Source: Bacillota bacterium
GTDB lineage: Bacteria > Bacillota > Clostridia > Acetivibrionales > DTU013
Length of the DNA stretch: 64,000 nucleotides
Assembly (NCBI GenBank): GCA_023439545.1
Contig: JAEXNT010000001.1
Location: 8,827 to 72,826, forward strand
Reading direction: 5' to 3'
Under the pieces are notes generated by a model. The model searched no databases. It had not been told where the DNA came from and worked only from the letters and a program-made list of their open reading frames with translations. The first letter of the stretch is position 1, and each line of letters starts with the position of its first letter. A program made the translations under genes and the position numbers. This document shows positions 1 to 11,095 of this stretch, in pieces.

Positions 1-1
1 A

Positions 2-700
2 GTGCTTGCGACGAATTACAACAGGAGAGTCGACGAGGCCAGGCTGTTCGAGCTGTCGCATGTTTATCTGCCTGAAAGCCTGCCGCTGACGGACCTGCCC
101 TATGAAAAACCGGTGCTCACCCTGGGTATGTACGGCAATGTGGATTTCTACGATCTTTCAGGCGCGGTGGAAGAACTCATGGCTGCTCTCGGAATAAAGA
201 GATATAGCCTCGAGCCTGTAAAGGACGATCCTTCGTTCCATCCCGGCAGGACGGCAAAACTGGTTATCAAGGGCAAAACCTGCGGAATATTGGGAGAAGT
301 CCATCCCGGCGTTGCTCAGAAGTTCGAAGCGGCGCAGAGGAATTACGCAGGTATCATAGACATTGAACCGCTGGTTGCCGAAGCTTCATTGAAACCTGAT
401 TACAAGCCGCTGCCGAGGTTCCCTGCGGTATCTAGGGATATAGCGATGCTAGTGGACGACGCGATCATGGTCAAACAAATAGAGAAGCTGATAAGCTCGA
501 AAGCCGGCAAATACCTTGAAGAGATCAAGCTGTTCGATGTTTACAAGGGCAAGCAGGTACCGGAAGGAAAGAAGAGCGTGGCTTACTCCATAACCTTCAG
601 GGCTCCAGACAGGACGCTTACCGACGATGAGACAGGCAAGGCCATGGCTGATATCGTGGACGCGCTTTCCGAAAAGCTCGGCGCGCAGCTCAGGATGTAA
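2..700 (+). CDS. pheT: Phenylalanine--tRNA ligase beta subunit, C-terminal fragment (starts upstream of window)
   Basis: The ORF is open from the window edge. The C-terminal block FDVYKGKQVPEGKKSVAYSITFRAPDRTLTDDE is typical of PheT C-termini. A hairpin with a T-run follows. Confidence 0.85.
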   Translation: MLATNYNRRVDEARLFELSHVYLPESLPLTDLPYEKPVLTLGMYGNVDFYDLSGAVEELMAALGIKRYSLEPVKDDPSFHPGRTAKLVIKGKTCGILGEVHPGVAQKFEAAQRNYAGIIDIEPLVAEASLKPDYKPLPRFPAVSRDIAMLVDDAIMVKQIEKLISSKAGKYLEEIKLFDVYKGKQVPEGKKSVAYSITFRAPDRTLTDDETGKAMADIVDALSEKLGAQLRM

Positions 701-775
701 TACGGTTAATCAGCCGGGAGTTACCGTTGCCGAATATATGGACTAACAAATTCAATATTGCAGATATAAAGCGGT

Positions 776-807
776 GGCAGGTTATCAAAACCTGTCATCG
801 TTTTTTT
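776..807. terminator. Intrinsic terminator between convergent pheT and AraC genes
   Basis: An 8-bp stem (ggcaggtt / aacctgtc, one GU pair) with a 5-nt loop is followed by atcgttttttt. Confidence 0.6.
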
Positions 808-821
808 CAGCATGTTTTAAC

Positions 822-1649
822 CTAAGTCATGCGGCAAATTTTTCTATATTCCCTCGGCGGCATGCCTTTGATCCTTCTAAACAGCTTGGAAAACAACAAT
901 TGGTCGTCATAACCGACTGAGCGGGATATGTCGCCGATAGACAGAGTATCATTTTTCATCAGCTCGCACGCCCTGTCGATCCTGTAATGCATCAGGAAAT
1001 CCTGGGGAGAAATATTCAGCTGCCCTTTGAAAACGCTGCCCAGGTAGCTCCTGTCAAGACCAATATGGTGCGCCAGCTCTGAAATGCTCATTTTCCGGGA
1101 GTAATTCATCTCGATATATTCCACTGCTTTATGAATATACATTTCCTTTCTGCTTTCCGTCCGGTCACTGAAATGCTCCTTCCCGTTCTGCTCGAACAAA
1201 TGGGACAGGAACAGGTACAGGCAGCCCAGCATCCGGATCTCACGTCCCTTCTGCAAGCTTTTGGCTTCCATCATCTGTGAGAAACAGCTGTCTACATATT
1301 CATCGCTGCATGTAAATATGGGGTTGTCCGCCGTTAAACCGCTGCTTTTGAGGTAGCTTTCCGCTTTGAGTCCATGGAAACCAACCCAGGAATAATTCCA
1401 TGGTTCAGCGAGGTCTGCCTGGTAATAGGTCACGACGTCGGGGCATATAAGGAAGCCCTGACCCTTGTTAAGGCGGTATTCTTTGCTCCCCACGCAGTAT
1501 ATACCGGAGCCTTCGTGAATATAATGGATCAGAAAATGATCTCTTACTGCAGGACCGTAATAATGGCCCGGCTCACATTTCTGTGTACCGCATTGATACA
1601 TATTCAGATCGGTATGGTTTAAACGGTTTAAAAGTAAAAATTGTTCCAT
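822..1649 (-). CDS. AraC-family transcriptional regulator (cupin sensor + HTH_18)
   Basis: The C-terminus has an AraC HTH ([20 protein letters not shown] ... PREYR). The N-terminus is cupin-like ([12 protein letters not shown]). The start is moved to the internal ATG at 1649 because AGGTG lies 7 nt upstream; the 1700 start has no SD. Confidence 0.85.
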   Translation of the reverse strand: MEQFLLLNRLNHTDLNMYQCGTQKCEPGHYYGPAVRDHFLIHYIHEGSGIYCVGSKEYRLNKGQGFLICPDVVTYYQADLAEPWNYSWVGFHGLKAESYLKSSGLTADNPIFTCSDEYVDSCFSQMMEAKSLQKGREIRMLGCLYLFLSHLFEQNGKEHFSDRTESRKEMYIHKAVEYIEMNYSRKMSISELAHHIGLDRSYLGSVFKGQLNISPQDFLMHYRIDRACELMKNDTLSIGDISRSVGYDDQLLFSKLFRRIKGMPPREYRKICRMT

Positions 1650-1800
1650 AAGCGAACACCTGCCCCATCGGATTTTACATTTGACATCTGACCGGTCCAT
1701 GGTACATCCAGCATTATACCATATTTACATAGCATGTATCCATTTAGTATCGCGTAAAAACGGGATAGAATTGAATTATGCAACGAAAGGAGTGATATTT

Positions 1801-3126
1801 TTGAAAAAAATAGCATTTATAGGAGCGGGAAGTTTTGGCTTTACAAGGAGCCTGGTAAGGGATATTCTATCCTTCCCGGCGCTTTCGGACAGTACGATAG
1901 CGTTGATGGACATAGATACAGAGCGCCTTGCCTCCATCAAAAAGGCAGTCGAAAAAATAATCGGAGCGGGTAATTATCCTGCGAAAATCATTGCAACCAC
2001 TGACAGGGCGGAGGCTTTGAGAGACGCCGACGGCGTCATATGTACGATACTTGCGGGCGGGGTAAATGTTTGGCGCTATGACGTGGAAATACCGAAAAAA
2101 TACGGTGTTGACATAAACGTAGGCGACACCAGAGGTCCTTCCGGTATTTTCAGGGCGCTCCGCACCATACCTGTAATGCTCGATATCTGCAGGGATATCG
2201 AACGGTACTGTCCCAATGCAATTTTCCTCAATTACACCAATCCGATGGCTATGCTCTGCAGAGCAATGCAGGGGGTAAGCAAGGTGCAGGTGACAGGTCT
2301 TTGCCATAGCGTCCAGGGCACCGCTCATATGCTGGCTGATTGGATAGGCGCTCCGATGGATGAAATAACCTATCTCTGTGCAGGCATCAACCACCAGGCC
2401 TTTTACCTCAAGTATGAATGGAACGGAAGGGACGCATATCCGTTAATACGTAAGGCTGTGACCGAAAGGCCGGAGATATATAATGAAGAGCAGGTCAGAA
2501 ATGAAATGTTCCTGAATCTTGATTATTACGTAACAGAGTCGAGCGGACACAATTCCGAATATAACGCATGGTTCAGGAAGAGGCCCGACCTGATAGAAAA
2601 ATACTGCACGGCAGGAACAGGCTGGAACCCGGGCCATTACGGCTACATCCTCGACGAGTATCTTAAACGTGAAGATACATGGAAAAAGGAAATAGAGGAC
2701 TGGCTTGCGGAGGAAAAGGTTGATCTGGACAGGGGCAAGGAATATGCGGCTTATATTTTCAATGCGACCATAGGCGACGGGACTTTATTCGAATTCAACG
2801 GAAATGTCCGCAACTTCGGCCTTATAGATAACCTGCCGGAAGGCTGCTGTGTAGAAGTTCCCGTACTGGCGTCGAAAAGGGGAATGGACCCTGTTCATGT
2901 AGGTCCTTTGCCTGAGCATCTAGCGATACTTGTCAATACGAGCGCACGCTGCGAGGAGCTTGCTGTAGAAGCAGCCATTACAGGCGATCCGCGCAAGGTT
3001 TTCCACGCGATCTGTTTTGACCCGCTCACTTCCTCGGTGCTGAGTCTTGAGGAAATCAAGAAAATGACCGATGAAATGTTTGAAGCGAACCGCCGTTGGC
3101 TGCCTCAATTCAAGCATTTTAAATAA
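1801..3126 (+). CDS. GH4-family alpha-galactosidase/alpha-glucosidase (NAD-dependent)
   Basis: TTG start with AAAGGAGTG 8 nt upstream. N-terminal [13 protein letters not shown] Rossmann motif, and CHSVQG, characteristic of GH4. Divergent from the AraC regulator. Confidence 0.85.
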   Translation: MKKIAFIGAGSFGFTRSLVRDILSFPALSDSTIALMDIDTERLASIKKAVEKIIGAGNYPAKIIATTDRAEALRDADGVICTILAGGVNVWRYDVEIPKKYGVDINVGDTRGPSGIFRALRTIPVMLDICRDIERYCPNAIFLNYTNPMAMLCRAMQGVSKVQVTGLCHSVQGTAHMLADWIGAPMDEITYLCAGINHQAFYLKYEWNGRDAYPLIRKAVTERPEIYNEEQVRNEMFLNLDYYVTESSGHNSEYNAWFRKRPDLIEKYCTAGTGWNPGHYGYILDEYLKREDTWKKEIEDWLAEEKVDLDRGKEYAAYIFNATIGDGTLFEFNGNVRNFGLIDNLPEGCCVEVPVLASKRGMDPVHVGPLPEHLAILVNTSARCEELAVEAAITGDPRKVFHAICFDPLTSSVLSLEEIKKMTDEMFEANRRWLPQFKHFK

Positions 3127-3177
3127 TCAGGGAAACTTGATTCTTCTTAATTGATTTTTCTTAACAGGCCGGTTACT

Positions 3178-3216
3178 GGAGATATGGTTTTCCTCCGATG
3201 CAATAGCCATATCTCC
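3178..3216. terminator. 10-bp perfect hairpin between convergent GH4 and SASP genes
   Basis: ggagatatgg (3178-3187) pairs with ccatatctcc (3207-3216) around a 19-nt loop. It lies 14 nt past the SASP stop. There is no clear U-tract on either strand. Confidence 0.4.
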
Positions 3217-3229
3217 GGGGCCATGCCTT

Positions 3230-3454
3230 TCAATCGAACATCTTCTTTTCAGCATACTCGATCATTTTCTTTACCATCTGCCCGCCTATCGGACCGCCTT
3301 CATGTCCGTTCTGCGCGGCGCTTACGTCTCCCTTGTAATGGTCGTTGTTTTCCTTGGTAAACTGCTCATGCCCTATTTCTCTAGCGCACTCCATTTTAAA
3401 TTGTGTCAGCTGCGGTCGTTTCTGCTCCACCAGCGGAGTCTTCGGCCTCGACAT
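3230..3454 (-). CDS. Alpha/beta-type small acid-soluble spore protein
   Basis: The 74-aa product MSRPKTPLVEQ...KMECAREIG...GGPIGGQMVKKMIEYAEKK matches the SASP alpha/beta signature. AAAGAGGTGA SD sits upstream of the ATG at 3454. Confidence 0.85.
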   Translation of the reverse strand: MSRPKTPLVEQKRPQLTQFKMECAREIGHEQFTKENNDHYKGDVSAAQNGHEGGPIGGQMVKKMIEYAEKKMFD

Positions 3455-3640
3455 TATTATCACCTCTTTTTCCTTTGATTTCCCGGACTTCCCGCCGGGT
3501 TCACAATAATATTTTGAGCGTTTTCGCAAATATTACGCTGTAAGATAATGCATGATAAGTGCCTAAGATGGGAAACCGACATAGACTTATTATGTTGAGA
3601 AATAATTGGAGAATTTGAAGGATTGGCATTTCATTCTTCA

Positions 3641-3669
3641 TTGATAAAAAATAAACGATTTGTTATAAT
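3641..3669 (+). promoter_or_regulatory. Sigma-A promoter of pgi (TTGATA-17-TATAAT with extended TG)
   Basis: TTGATA at 3641-3646, a 17-nt spacer, TGtTATAAT at 3661-3669. Confidence 0.7.
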
Positions 3670-3693
3670 ACCTAAAAAGGCATATTCCGGGTG

Positions 3694-3703
3694 ATATGTA
3701 CCT
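3694..3703 (+). promoter_or_regulatory. Anti-SD element in the pgi leader
   Basis: ATATGTACCT is the perfect reverse complement of AGGTACATAT (3787-3796), which overlaps the SD and abuts the pgi ATG. A 9/10 copy of the target lies at 3743-3751. Confidence 0.5.
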
Positions 3704-3796
3704 TTGACCCAGATAATTGCAGACCACAGAGTACATGAAATCAGGTACATAAGGGCATTGATACCACATCCGGTTTACTTTACAGGAGGTACATAT

Positions 3797-5149
3797 ATGA
3801 ACAAACTGAGTCTCGACTATTCAAACGCCTTATCCTTCATGAAGGAGAGCGAGGTTTCCTATTTTGCGCCGATGATCAAAGCTGCGCATGAAATGCTCCA
3901 CAACAGAACAGGCGCAGGCAATGACTATACAGGCTGGGTAGACCTGCCCAAGGATTACGACAAGGCTGAATTCGCCAGGATCAAGGCAGCTGCCGAAAAA
4001 ATAAAATCGGATTCCGATGCGCTAGTGGTCATAGGCATCGGAGGCTCCTACCTCGGGGCAAGAGCAGCCATAGACGCGCTTTCGCATTCCTTTTACAACC
4101 TGCTTCCGAAGGCTGGAAGGGGCGCGCCGGAGATCTATTTCGTAGGAAACAGCATAAGCTCCACATATATCACCGAATTGTTCGATCTGCTCAAGGACAA
4201 GGATATCTCGGTCAACATTATTTCCAAGTCCGGCACTACTACCGAACCTGCCCTTGCTTTCAGGGTGTTCAGGGAATACATGGAGAACAAATACGGCAAG
4301 ACGGAGGCTTCAAAGAGGATATACGCAACAACCGACAAGGCAAGGGGCGCTCTGAAGAAGCTCGCGACCGAGGAAAAATATGAAAGCTTTGTAATACCGG
4401 ATGATGTCGGCGGAAGATATTCCGTACTGACGGCTGTCGGACTGCTGCCGATTGCGGTCGCGGGCATCGACATAGACGCCATGATGCAGGGCGCTGCTGA
4501 GGCCAGGGAGCTCTACAATAATCCGGACGTTGCAGCCAATGCCTGCTACCAGTATGCAGCCGCAAGGAACGCGCTTTACAGGAAGGGTAAGACCACCGAG
4601 ATCATGGTTAATTACGAGCCTTCGATGCATTTCTTTACAGAGTGGTGGAAACAGCTTTACGGCGAGAGCGAGGGCAAGGACAACAAGGGCATTTTCCCGG
4701 CGGGAGTCGATTTCACTACAGACCTGCACTCCATGGGACAGTATGTCCAGGACGGTCTGCGCGTGATATTCGAGACAGTTATCAACGTTGAGAAACCCAG
4801 AAAGAACATGAACATAAAGGAAGACAAGGATAACATAGACGGTCTGAATTTCCTCACCGGCAAGGACATCGACTTCGTCAACAAGAAAGCCATGCAGGGC
4901 ACGATACTGGCGCATACGGACGGCGGCGTTCCGAATCTCGTGGTAAGTATACCCGAGATGAACAGCTACTGGTTCGGCCATACGGTCTATTTCTTCGAGA
5001 AGGCCTGCGGTATAAGCGGCTACCTGATGGGCGTAAATCCGTTTGACCAGCCCGGCGTCGAGGCATACAAAAAGAATATGTTCGCGCTGCTCGGCAAGCC
5101 CGGTTATGAAGCGGAGAAGGAAAAACTCGAAAAGAGGCTTTCGAAGTAA
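3797..5149 (+). CDS. pgi: Glucose-6-phosphate isomerase
   Basis: 450-aa Firmicute-type PGI ([32 protein letters not shown]). ATG at 3797 preceded by AGGAGG. Confidence 0.95.
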   Translation: MNKLSLDYSNALSFMKESEVSYFAPMIKAAHEMLHNRTGAGNDYTGWVDLPKDYDKAEFARIKAAAEKIKSDSDALVVIGIGGSYLGARAAIDALSHSFYNLLPKAGRGAPEIYFVGNSISSTYITELFDLLKDKDISVNIISKSGTTTEPALAFRVFREYMENKYGKTEASKRIYATTDKARGALKKLATEEKYESFVIPDDVGGRYSVLTAVGLLPIAVAGIDIDAMMQGAAEARELYNNPDVAANACYQYAAARNALYRKGKTTEIMVNYEPSMHFFTEWWKQLYGESEGKDNKGIFPAGVDFTTDLHSMGQYVQDGLRVIFETVINVEKPRKNMNIKEDKDNIDGLNFLTGKDIDFVNKKAMQGTILAHTDGGVPNLVVSIPEMNSYWFGHTVYFFEKACGISGYLMGVNPFDQPGVEAYKKNMFALLGKPGYEAEKEKLEKRLSK

Positions 5150-5220
5150 AATCAGTTAACCTGAACGTAAGGTAAGCAGCCAATAGCATTGGCAAGCAAC
5201 CAATAATTGTGTTGATAAGA

Positions 5221-5261
5221 AATCAGCAGGCCGAATATAATTGTCGGTTTGCTGATTTTTA
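5221..5261 (+). terminator. Intrinsic terminator after pgi
   Basis: aatcagca..ccga / tcgg..tgctgatt stem followed by ttttt. Confidence 0.75.
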
Positions 5262-5289
5262 TTAAGCGTGAAAGCGGGTCAAAGCAAGG

Positions 5290-6231
5290 ATGAAAAAAGA
5301 AAATGCGTTGGTTGGTATAGTTAGTATAATAATTTGCGAAGTACTGTTCGGTTTCAGCTTTCTTTTCACTAAAAGTATAACTAACACAGTATCTCCGTTC
5401 ACTTTGCTAAGCTGGAGGTTCATCACGGCTTTTGCGGCGATGAACATATGCGTGCTTTTGCGTCTGATCAAGGTCGACTTCAGGAATAAACGCATACTTC
5501 CGCTCTTTTCGATTGCGATTTTCCAGCCCGGTATCTACTTCATAGGGGAGACGTTCGGAGTCAAACTTACTACAGCTTCCGAGAGCGGCGTCATAATCGC
5601 CTGCTACCCTATTGTAGCTCTGGTTGTCTCGACAATAGTTCTGAAGGAAGCGCCGACCAGACAGCAGGTAGCAGGGATAGGTACGGCAGCCGCGGGTATA
5701 ATAATGATAGTTCTGATGAAGGGACTCGAGGCGTCTTTCAACCCGCTCGGGTATATACTTCTGCTGTTCGCATTGCTATCCTACAGCTTGTATTCCGTCA
5801 ATTCCCAAAAAGCCGAAGAGTTTACAAATACGGAGAAGACCTATGCCATGATCGCTTTGGGCGCGGTTGTTTTCACCGCCGCGGCGCTCATCGAAAATGC
5901 AGGCTCCGGTTCGTTGAAGGAGTTCATTCTGCTGCCGTTTTCAAACGCCGAATACCTTGTCGGATTTCTATACCTGGGAGTCGGCTGCTCGGCCGCGGCG
6001 TTTTTCCTTTACAACGTTGCGATTTCAGCAATCGGCACAAACAGGTCGGCATCCTTTGCAGGTCTTTCAACAATTGTAACAGTTATTGCGGGAATTATCA
6101 TACTGCGGGAGCAGTTCTCGGTGATGCAGGGCGTCGGCACAGTACTGGTACTGGGCGGCGTATACCTTGCCAATATAATATCGAAAAGCAGATTGCCCGG
6201 GAAAGAGATAGGGGATGAAAGCCGGGTGTAA
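5290..6231 (+). CDS. DMT-superfamily (EamA-like) transporter
   Basis: About 10 hydrophobic segments with a duplicated EamA-like architecture. Confidence 0.8.
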   Translation: MKKENALVGIVSIIICEVLFGFSFLFTKSITNTVSPFTLLSWRFITAFAAMNICVLLRLIKVDFRNKRILPLFSIAIFQPGIYFIGETFGVKLTTASESGVIIACYPIVALVVSTIVLKEAPTRQQVAGIGTAAAGIIMIVLMKGLEASFNPLGYILLLFALLSYSLYSVNSQKAEEFTNTEKTYAMIALGAVVFTAAALIENAGSGSLKEFILLPFSNAEYLVGFLYLGVGCSAAAFFLYNVAISAIGTNRSASFAGLSTIVTVIAGIIILREQFSVMQGVGTVLVLGGVYLANIISKSRLPGKEIGDESRV

Positions 6232-6279
6232 GCATCGGACAAAGGTTGAATTGGCTAAGGATGGCCATAGAACCTAACT

Positions 6280-7083
6280 TTACGGTACCGTACAGATCAG
6301 TATTTCCGGACGGGACAGGAACCGCAGCGGTACGACGCCGTTGCCGAGGCCCCTGTTGAGATATACCTTTATGTCGTTTATCTTTTTGAGGCCGCGTTTG
6401 ATACCCATTCTGCAGAGTTCATCGTCACGCAGCAGGAAGAATTCCATGTTGCAGGGCATCCATATCTGCCCGCCGTGAAAATGGCCGGCAAACATGTAAT
6501 CGACTATTTTACCGGGGATCTTCAATGCAATGTCCGGGTTGTGGGTGATCGATATCTTCGGAGCGCCCGGCACGCAGCCGATCATGGCTTTTTCTATATC
6601 CGGGCTGCCTCTTCTCAGATCGTCGATTCCGATGATGTTGTACTTCTTTCCCTGCTTCTCCACTATGACAGTCCTGTTTCTCAGAACTTCCACATTAAGC
6701 GCTTCGATTTCGCGTACGAAATTTTCAAGGCCTTGCTTGTTCGAACCGAACGCCCTGTAATCATGGTTGCCAAGGCATATGATAGTACTGTAGCCCTTGC
6801 AGAAGGCATGGAGATAATGCAGGAAACCGGCCGCATGGACAGGCCTGTTTATGTAATCTCCCGTAATCAGTATGACGTCCGGATTTTCGGCCTTGACCAC
6901 TTCGCGTATCTTGGCGGCGGAGATCCTGGTCATATACACATGCAGGTCTGACAGGTGCATGATCTTGAGCCCGCTGCCCTTGCGCGAAAAATCCAGCCTC
7001 TCTATCTTGAGCCAGGTGGTTTCGAAGCTCATATACAAATACATCAGCACAAATGCTATAAGTATGATCATGAATATCAGCAT
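6280..7083 (-). CDS. Membrane-anchored metallophosphoesterase (YkuE-like)
   Basis: N-terminal TM segment, then the motifs HLSDLH, TGDY, GNHD and GHFHGGQ. Confidence 0.85.
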   Translation of the reverse strand: MLIFMIILIAFVLMYLYMSFETTWLKIERLDFSRKGSGLKIMHLSDLHVYMTRISAAKIREVVKAENPDVILITGDYINRPVHAAGFLHYLHAFCKGYSTIICLGNHDYRAFGSNKQGLENFVREIEALNVEVLRNRTVIVEKQGKKYNIIGIDDLRRGSPDIEKAMIGCVPGAPKISITHNPDIALKIPGKIVDYMFAGHFHGGQIWMPCNMEFFLLRDDELCRMGIKRGLKKINDIKVYLNRGLGNGVVPLRFLSRPEILICTVP

Positions 7084-7163
7084 TATGTATTCTCCCGTAA
7101 ATTCATATACTTAATATACCAATTACCGGAGTGCTCGGCAACCGGTATTTAAACGGCAATTGT

Positions 7164-7192
7164 TTGACTATTGCCAATATAAAAAATATAAT
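7164..7192 (+). promoter_or_regulatory. Candidate sigma-A promoter of the arsR-PHP pair (TTGACT-17-TATAAT)
   Basis: TTGACT at 7164-7169 and TATAAT at 7187-7192. GGCAAT/ATTGCC inverted repeat at 7155-7175 overlaps the -35. Confidence 0.5.
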
Positions 7193-7276
7193 TAAAGTAT
7201 CGGACAAATATCGAGGTTTTAATCAGAATTCGAGCATAAACATAATGTCCGGTGTATTAAAATTACGGAGTTACGT

Positions 7277-7639
7277 ATGAACGATGAGATTTGTGACAGT
7301 TGTTTGGAGACAAGGATCAATTCCGAGAGCGTGAACAGGGTAAAGGCGTGCATGATCGGCGACAATGATTCGGTCAGGCTTTCCGAGGTTTTTAAGGTGC
7401 TGGGGGACCCGACGAGGATAAAGATCATTTTTGCGTTGTCCAATTGCGACCTGTGCGTCTGCGATATAGCCGAAACCATCGGAATGACACAGTCGGCAGT
7501 CTCGCACCAACTCAGGCTGATGCGGAACATGAAGCTCGTCAAATACCGCAAGGAAGGCAAGTCGGCATATTATTCGCTTGACGACGACCACATACTGCAG
7601 CTTTTCAACCAGGGGATGGAGCACGTCAGGCATGGCTGA
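7277..7639 (+). CDS. ArsR/SmtB-family metal-sensing repressor
   Basis: Contains CDLCVCDIAETIGMTQSAVSHQLRLMR (CVC alpha-3 site plus the winged-helix signature). There are extra N-terminal cysteines (CDSC). Confidence 0.9.
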   Translation: MNDEICDSCLETRINSESVNRVKACMIGDNDSVRLSEVFKVLGDPTRIKIIFALSNCDLCVCDIAETIGMTQSAVSHQLRLMRNMKLVKYRKEGKSAYYSLDDDHILQLFNQGMEHVRHG

Positions 7640-8309
7640 AAAGTTCAGATACGAAACCCATCTGCATACGAGGGAAGCCAGCGCCTGCGCTCGGAGCACC
7701 GGCGCTGAAATGGTCAGGGCGCATTACTTTGCGGGGTATTCCGGTATCATCATTACAGACCATTTTTTCAACGGAAATACGGCAATCCCATCCTCTTTAA
7801 ACTGGGAGAAACGGATAGACGCTTTTTGCCTGGGGTATGAGAACGCTTTGAAAGAGGCAGAAAAGTTCAATTTCCATGTCTTTTTCGGATGGGAATACAA
7901 TGACCGCGGTGCAGAATTCTTGACGTACGGATTGGGCAGGGATTTCCTGCTCGACAACCCTGATATGCTGACCTGGCCTATAGAAAAATACCTCACAACA
8001 GTCCGGCAGAGCGGAGGCTTCGTTTCACAAGCGCATCCCTTCAGAGAGGCAAGCTATATCGGCAGTATACGGGTTTTCCCCGAATATGTGGACGCTGTCG
8101 AAGTGTGCAATGCGAGCCATACCAACCCCAAGTTCGACAGGCTTGCGCTTGAGCTTGCCCGAAAATATTCCCTTTACCGGACCAGCGGTTCGGATACGCA
8201 TTTTGCGGGATGCATGTACGGGGGCGGTATGGAATTCGATCACGAAATTTTTTCTATAGGGGAGTTTATCGAGGCGGTGAAGAAAAACGGGACGGAAGAC
8301 CGCGAATAA
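7632..8309 (+). CDS. PHP-domain metal-dependent phosphoesterase
   Basis: Motifs YETHLHT, ITDH, AHPFRE and SGSDTH. The ATG at 7632 overlaps the arsR stop by 8 nt. Confidence 0.8.
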   Translation: MAEKFRYETHLHTREASACARSTGAEMVRAHYFAGYSGIIITDHFFNGNTAIPSSLNWEKRIDAFCLGYENALKEAEKFNFHVFFGWEYNDRGAEFLTYGLGRDFLLDNPDMLTWPIEKYLTTVRQSGGFVSQAHPFREASYIGSIRVFPEYVDAVEVCNASHTNPKFDRLALELARKYSLYRTSGSDTHFAGCMYGGGMEFDHEIFSIGEFIEAVKKNGTEDRE

Positions 8310-8414
8310 AGTAAACGAATAGCAGAGTTTATAAAATAGTATTGCTTTTCTGATACAGTACATAATATAATTAACGGGTAATAAAACTGAAAGCCAGTAC
8401 AGGAGGGGCAAACC

Positions 8415-8474
8415 ATGGAATGGTGTTATCTCAATGTACCGGTAAAAGGCCGCGGCCTCAGCTCCGAGCAATGA
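8415..8474 (+). CDS. Candidate 19-codon small ORF (MEWCYLNVPVKGRGLSSEQ)
   Basis: AGGAGGGG SD 6 nt upstream of the ATG. It lies in an otherwise ORF-free 687-bp gap. No other support. Confidence 0.25.
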   Translation: MEWCYLNVPVKGRGLSSEQ

Positions 8475-8804
8475 CCATAAGGTCATGGGGATCTAAGTGC
8501 ATATCATATTCGGTGATGCATTGTCCGGAGCCTAAAAGCTGCAAGTAGCCGATGCCGGGATGATTTTCATAATAAGCTTTCCAGAACGGGAATAAGCTTG
8601 TCGAAGCAGGTCTTTGGGTATACCTTATGATTTGTTACGATCATTCGGCTTTATCGTGTGAAATTGCGGATATGGTTTTATTACAGCTATATTGTACTCG
8701 TAATATACGTTTCAGACGTTTGAATATTTTCGGTTTATAAAGCCGGCTAATTTAGTAAGCCATAATATTCAAAACGACGAACGCGATGACGGTCGTATTC
8801 TAAA

Positions 8805-8843
8805 GCTGCGGAATGTACACTGATGCCGCGGCTTTTGTTATTT
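8805..8843 (+). terminator. Hairpin + U-tract (T1) in the ABC-F upstream region
   Basis: gctgcgg / ccgcggc stem (one GU pair), then ttttgttattt. Confidence 0.55.
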
Positions 8844-8877
8844 CATCAGAATCTTGTCAATCTCCTTTTTGAAACGG

Positions 8878-8911
8878 GGACCGCGGATAGTACTGCGGTC
8901 CTTTTGCTTTT
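8878..8911 (+). terminator. Hairpin + U-tract (T2), 86 nt upstream of the ABC-F start
   Basis: ggaccgc / gcggtcc stem, then ttttgctttt. Confidence 0.65.
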
Positions 8912-8996
8912 AACCGTCCCGTAAAACACACCGAATTTACCGAAAAGGTGCAAAATTAAAACATTTTGAAACGAACATACAGAGGAGTGATAAGAT

Positions 8997-11003
<2,007 letters not shown>

Positions 11004-11095
11004 TATTCGCTAAAAATATAAAGGAGATTGTATAAATTTACCGAATATAATTGTAGAAGCTAGTTAAATTTCAATACAACAGGGGGGGTATAACA

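Noticed and set aside
1650-1800. Longer starts for the AraC gene (1700) and the GH4 gene (1681), which would make the two divergent genes overlap
   Set aside because: Neither long start has an SD. The internal starts (1649 on the minus strand, TTG 1801 on the plus strand) have good SDs and restore a normal divergent intergenic promoter region.
3704-3796. In-frame 31-codon N-terminal extension of pgi
   Set aside because: PGI homologs begin at MNKLSLDYS-type sequences, and AGGAGG precedes the ATG at 3797. The extension lies in the predicted structured leader.
4135-5195. Several antisense and out-of-frame ORFs within pgi (4310-4981, 4878-5195 and others)
   Set aside because: pgi is unambiguous on the plus strand, and the alternatives are Arg/Ser/Pro-rich shadow frames. 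The same reasoning applies to 31540-32280 (in cdaA), 37242-37874 (in glmM), 41323-41910 and 42067-42585 (in glmS), and 56490-57023.
8330-8560. Possible housekeeping RNA (SRP RNA, RNase P RNA, tmRNA, 6S), prompted by a GTCCGGAGCC..AGCTGC stretch
   Set aside because: The universal blocks are absent on both strands: GAGGAAAGUCC of RNase P, the GGUCCGGAAGGAAGCAGC-type SRP domain IV, and the tRNA-like ends of tmRNA. The resemblance is too weak to call.
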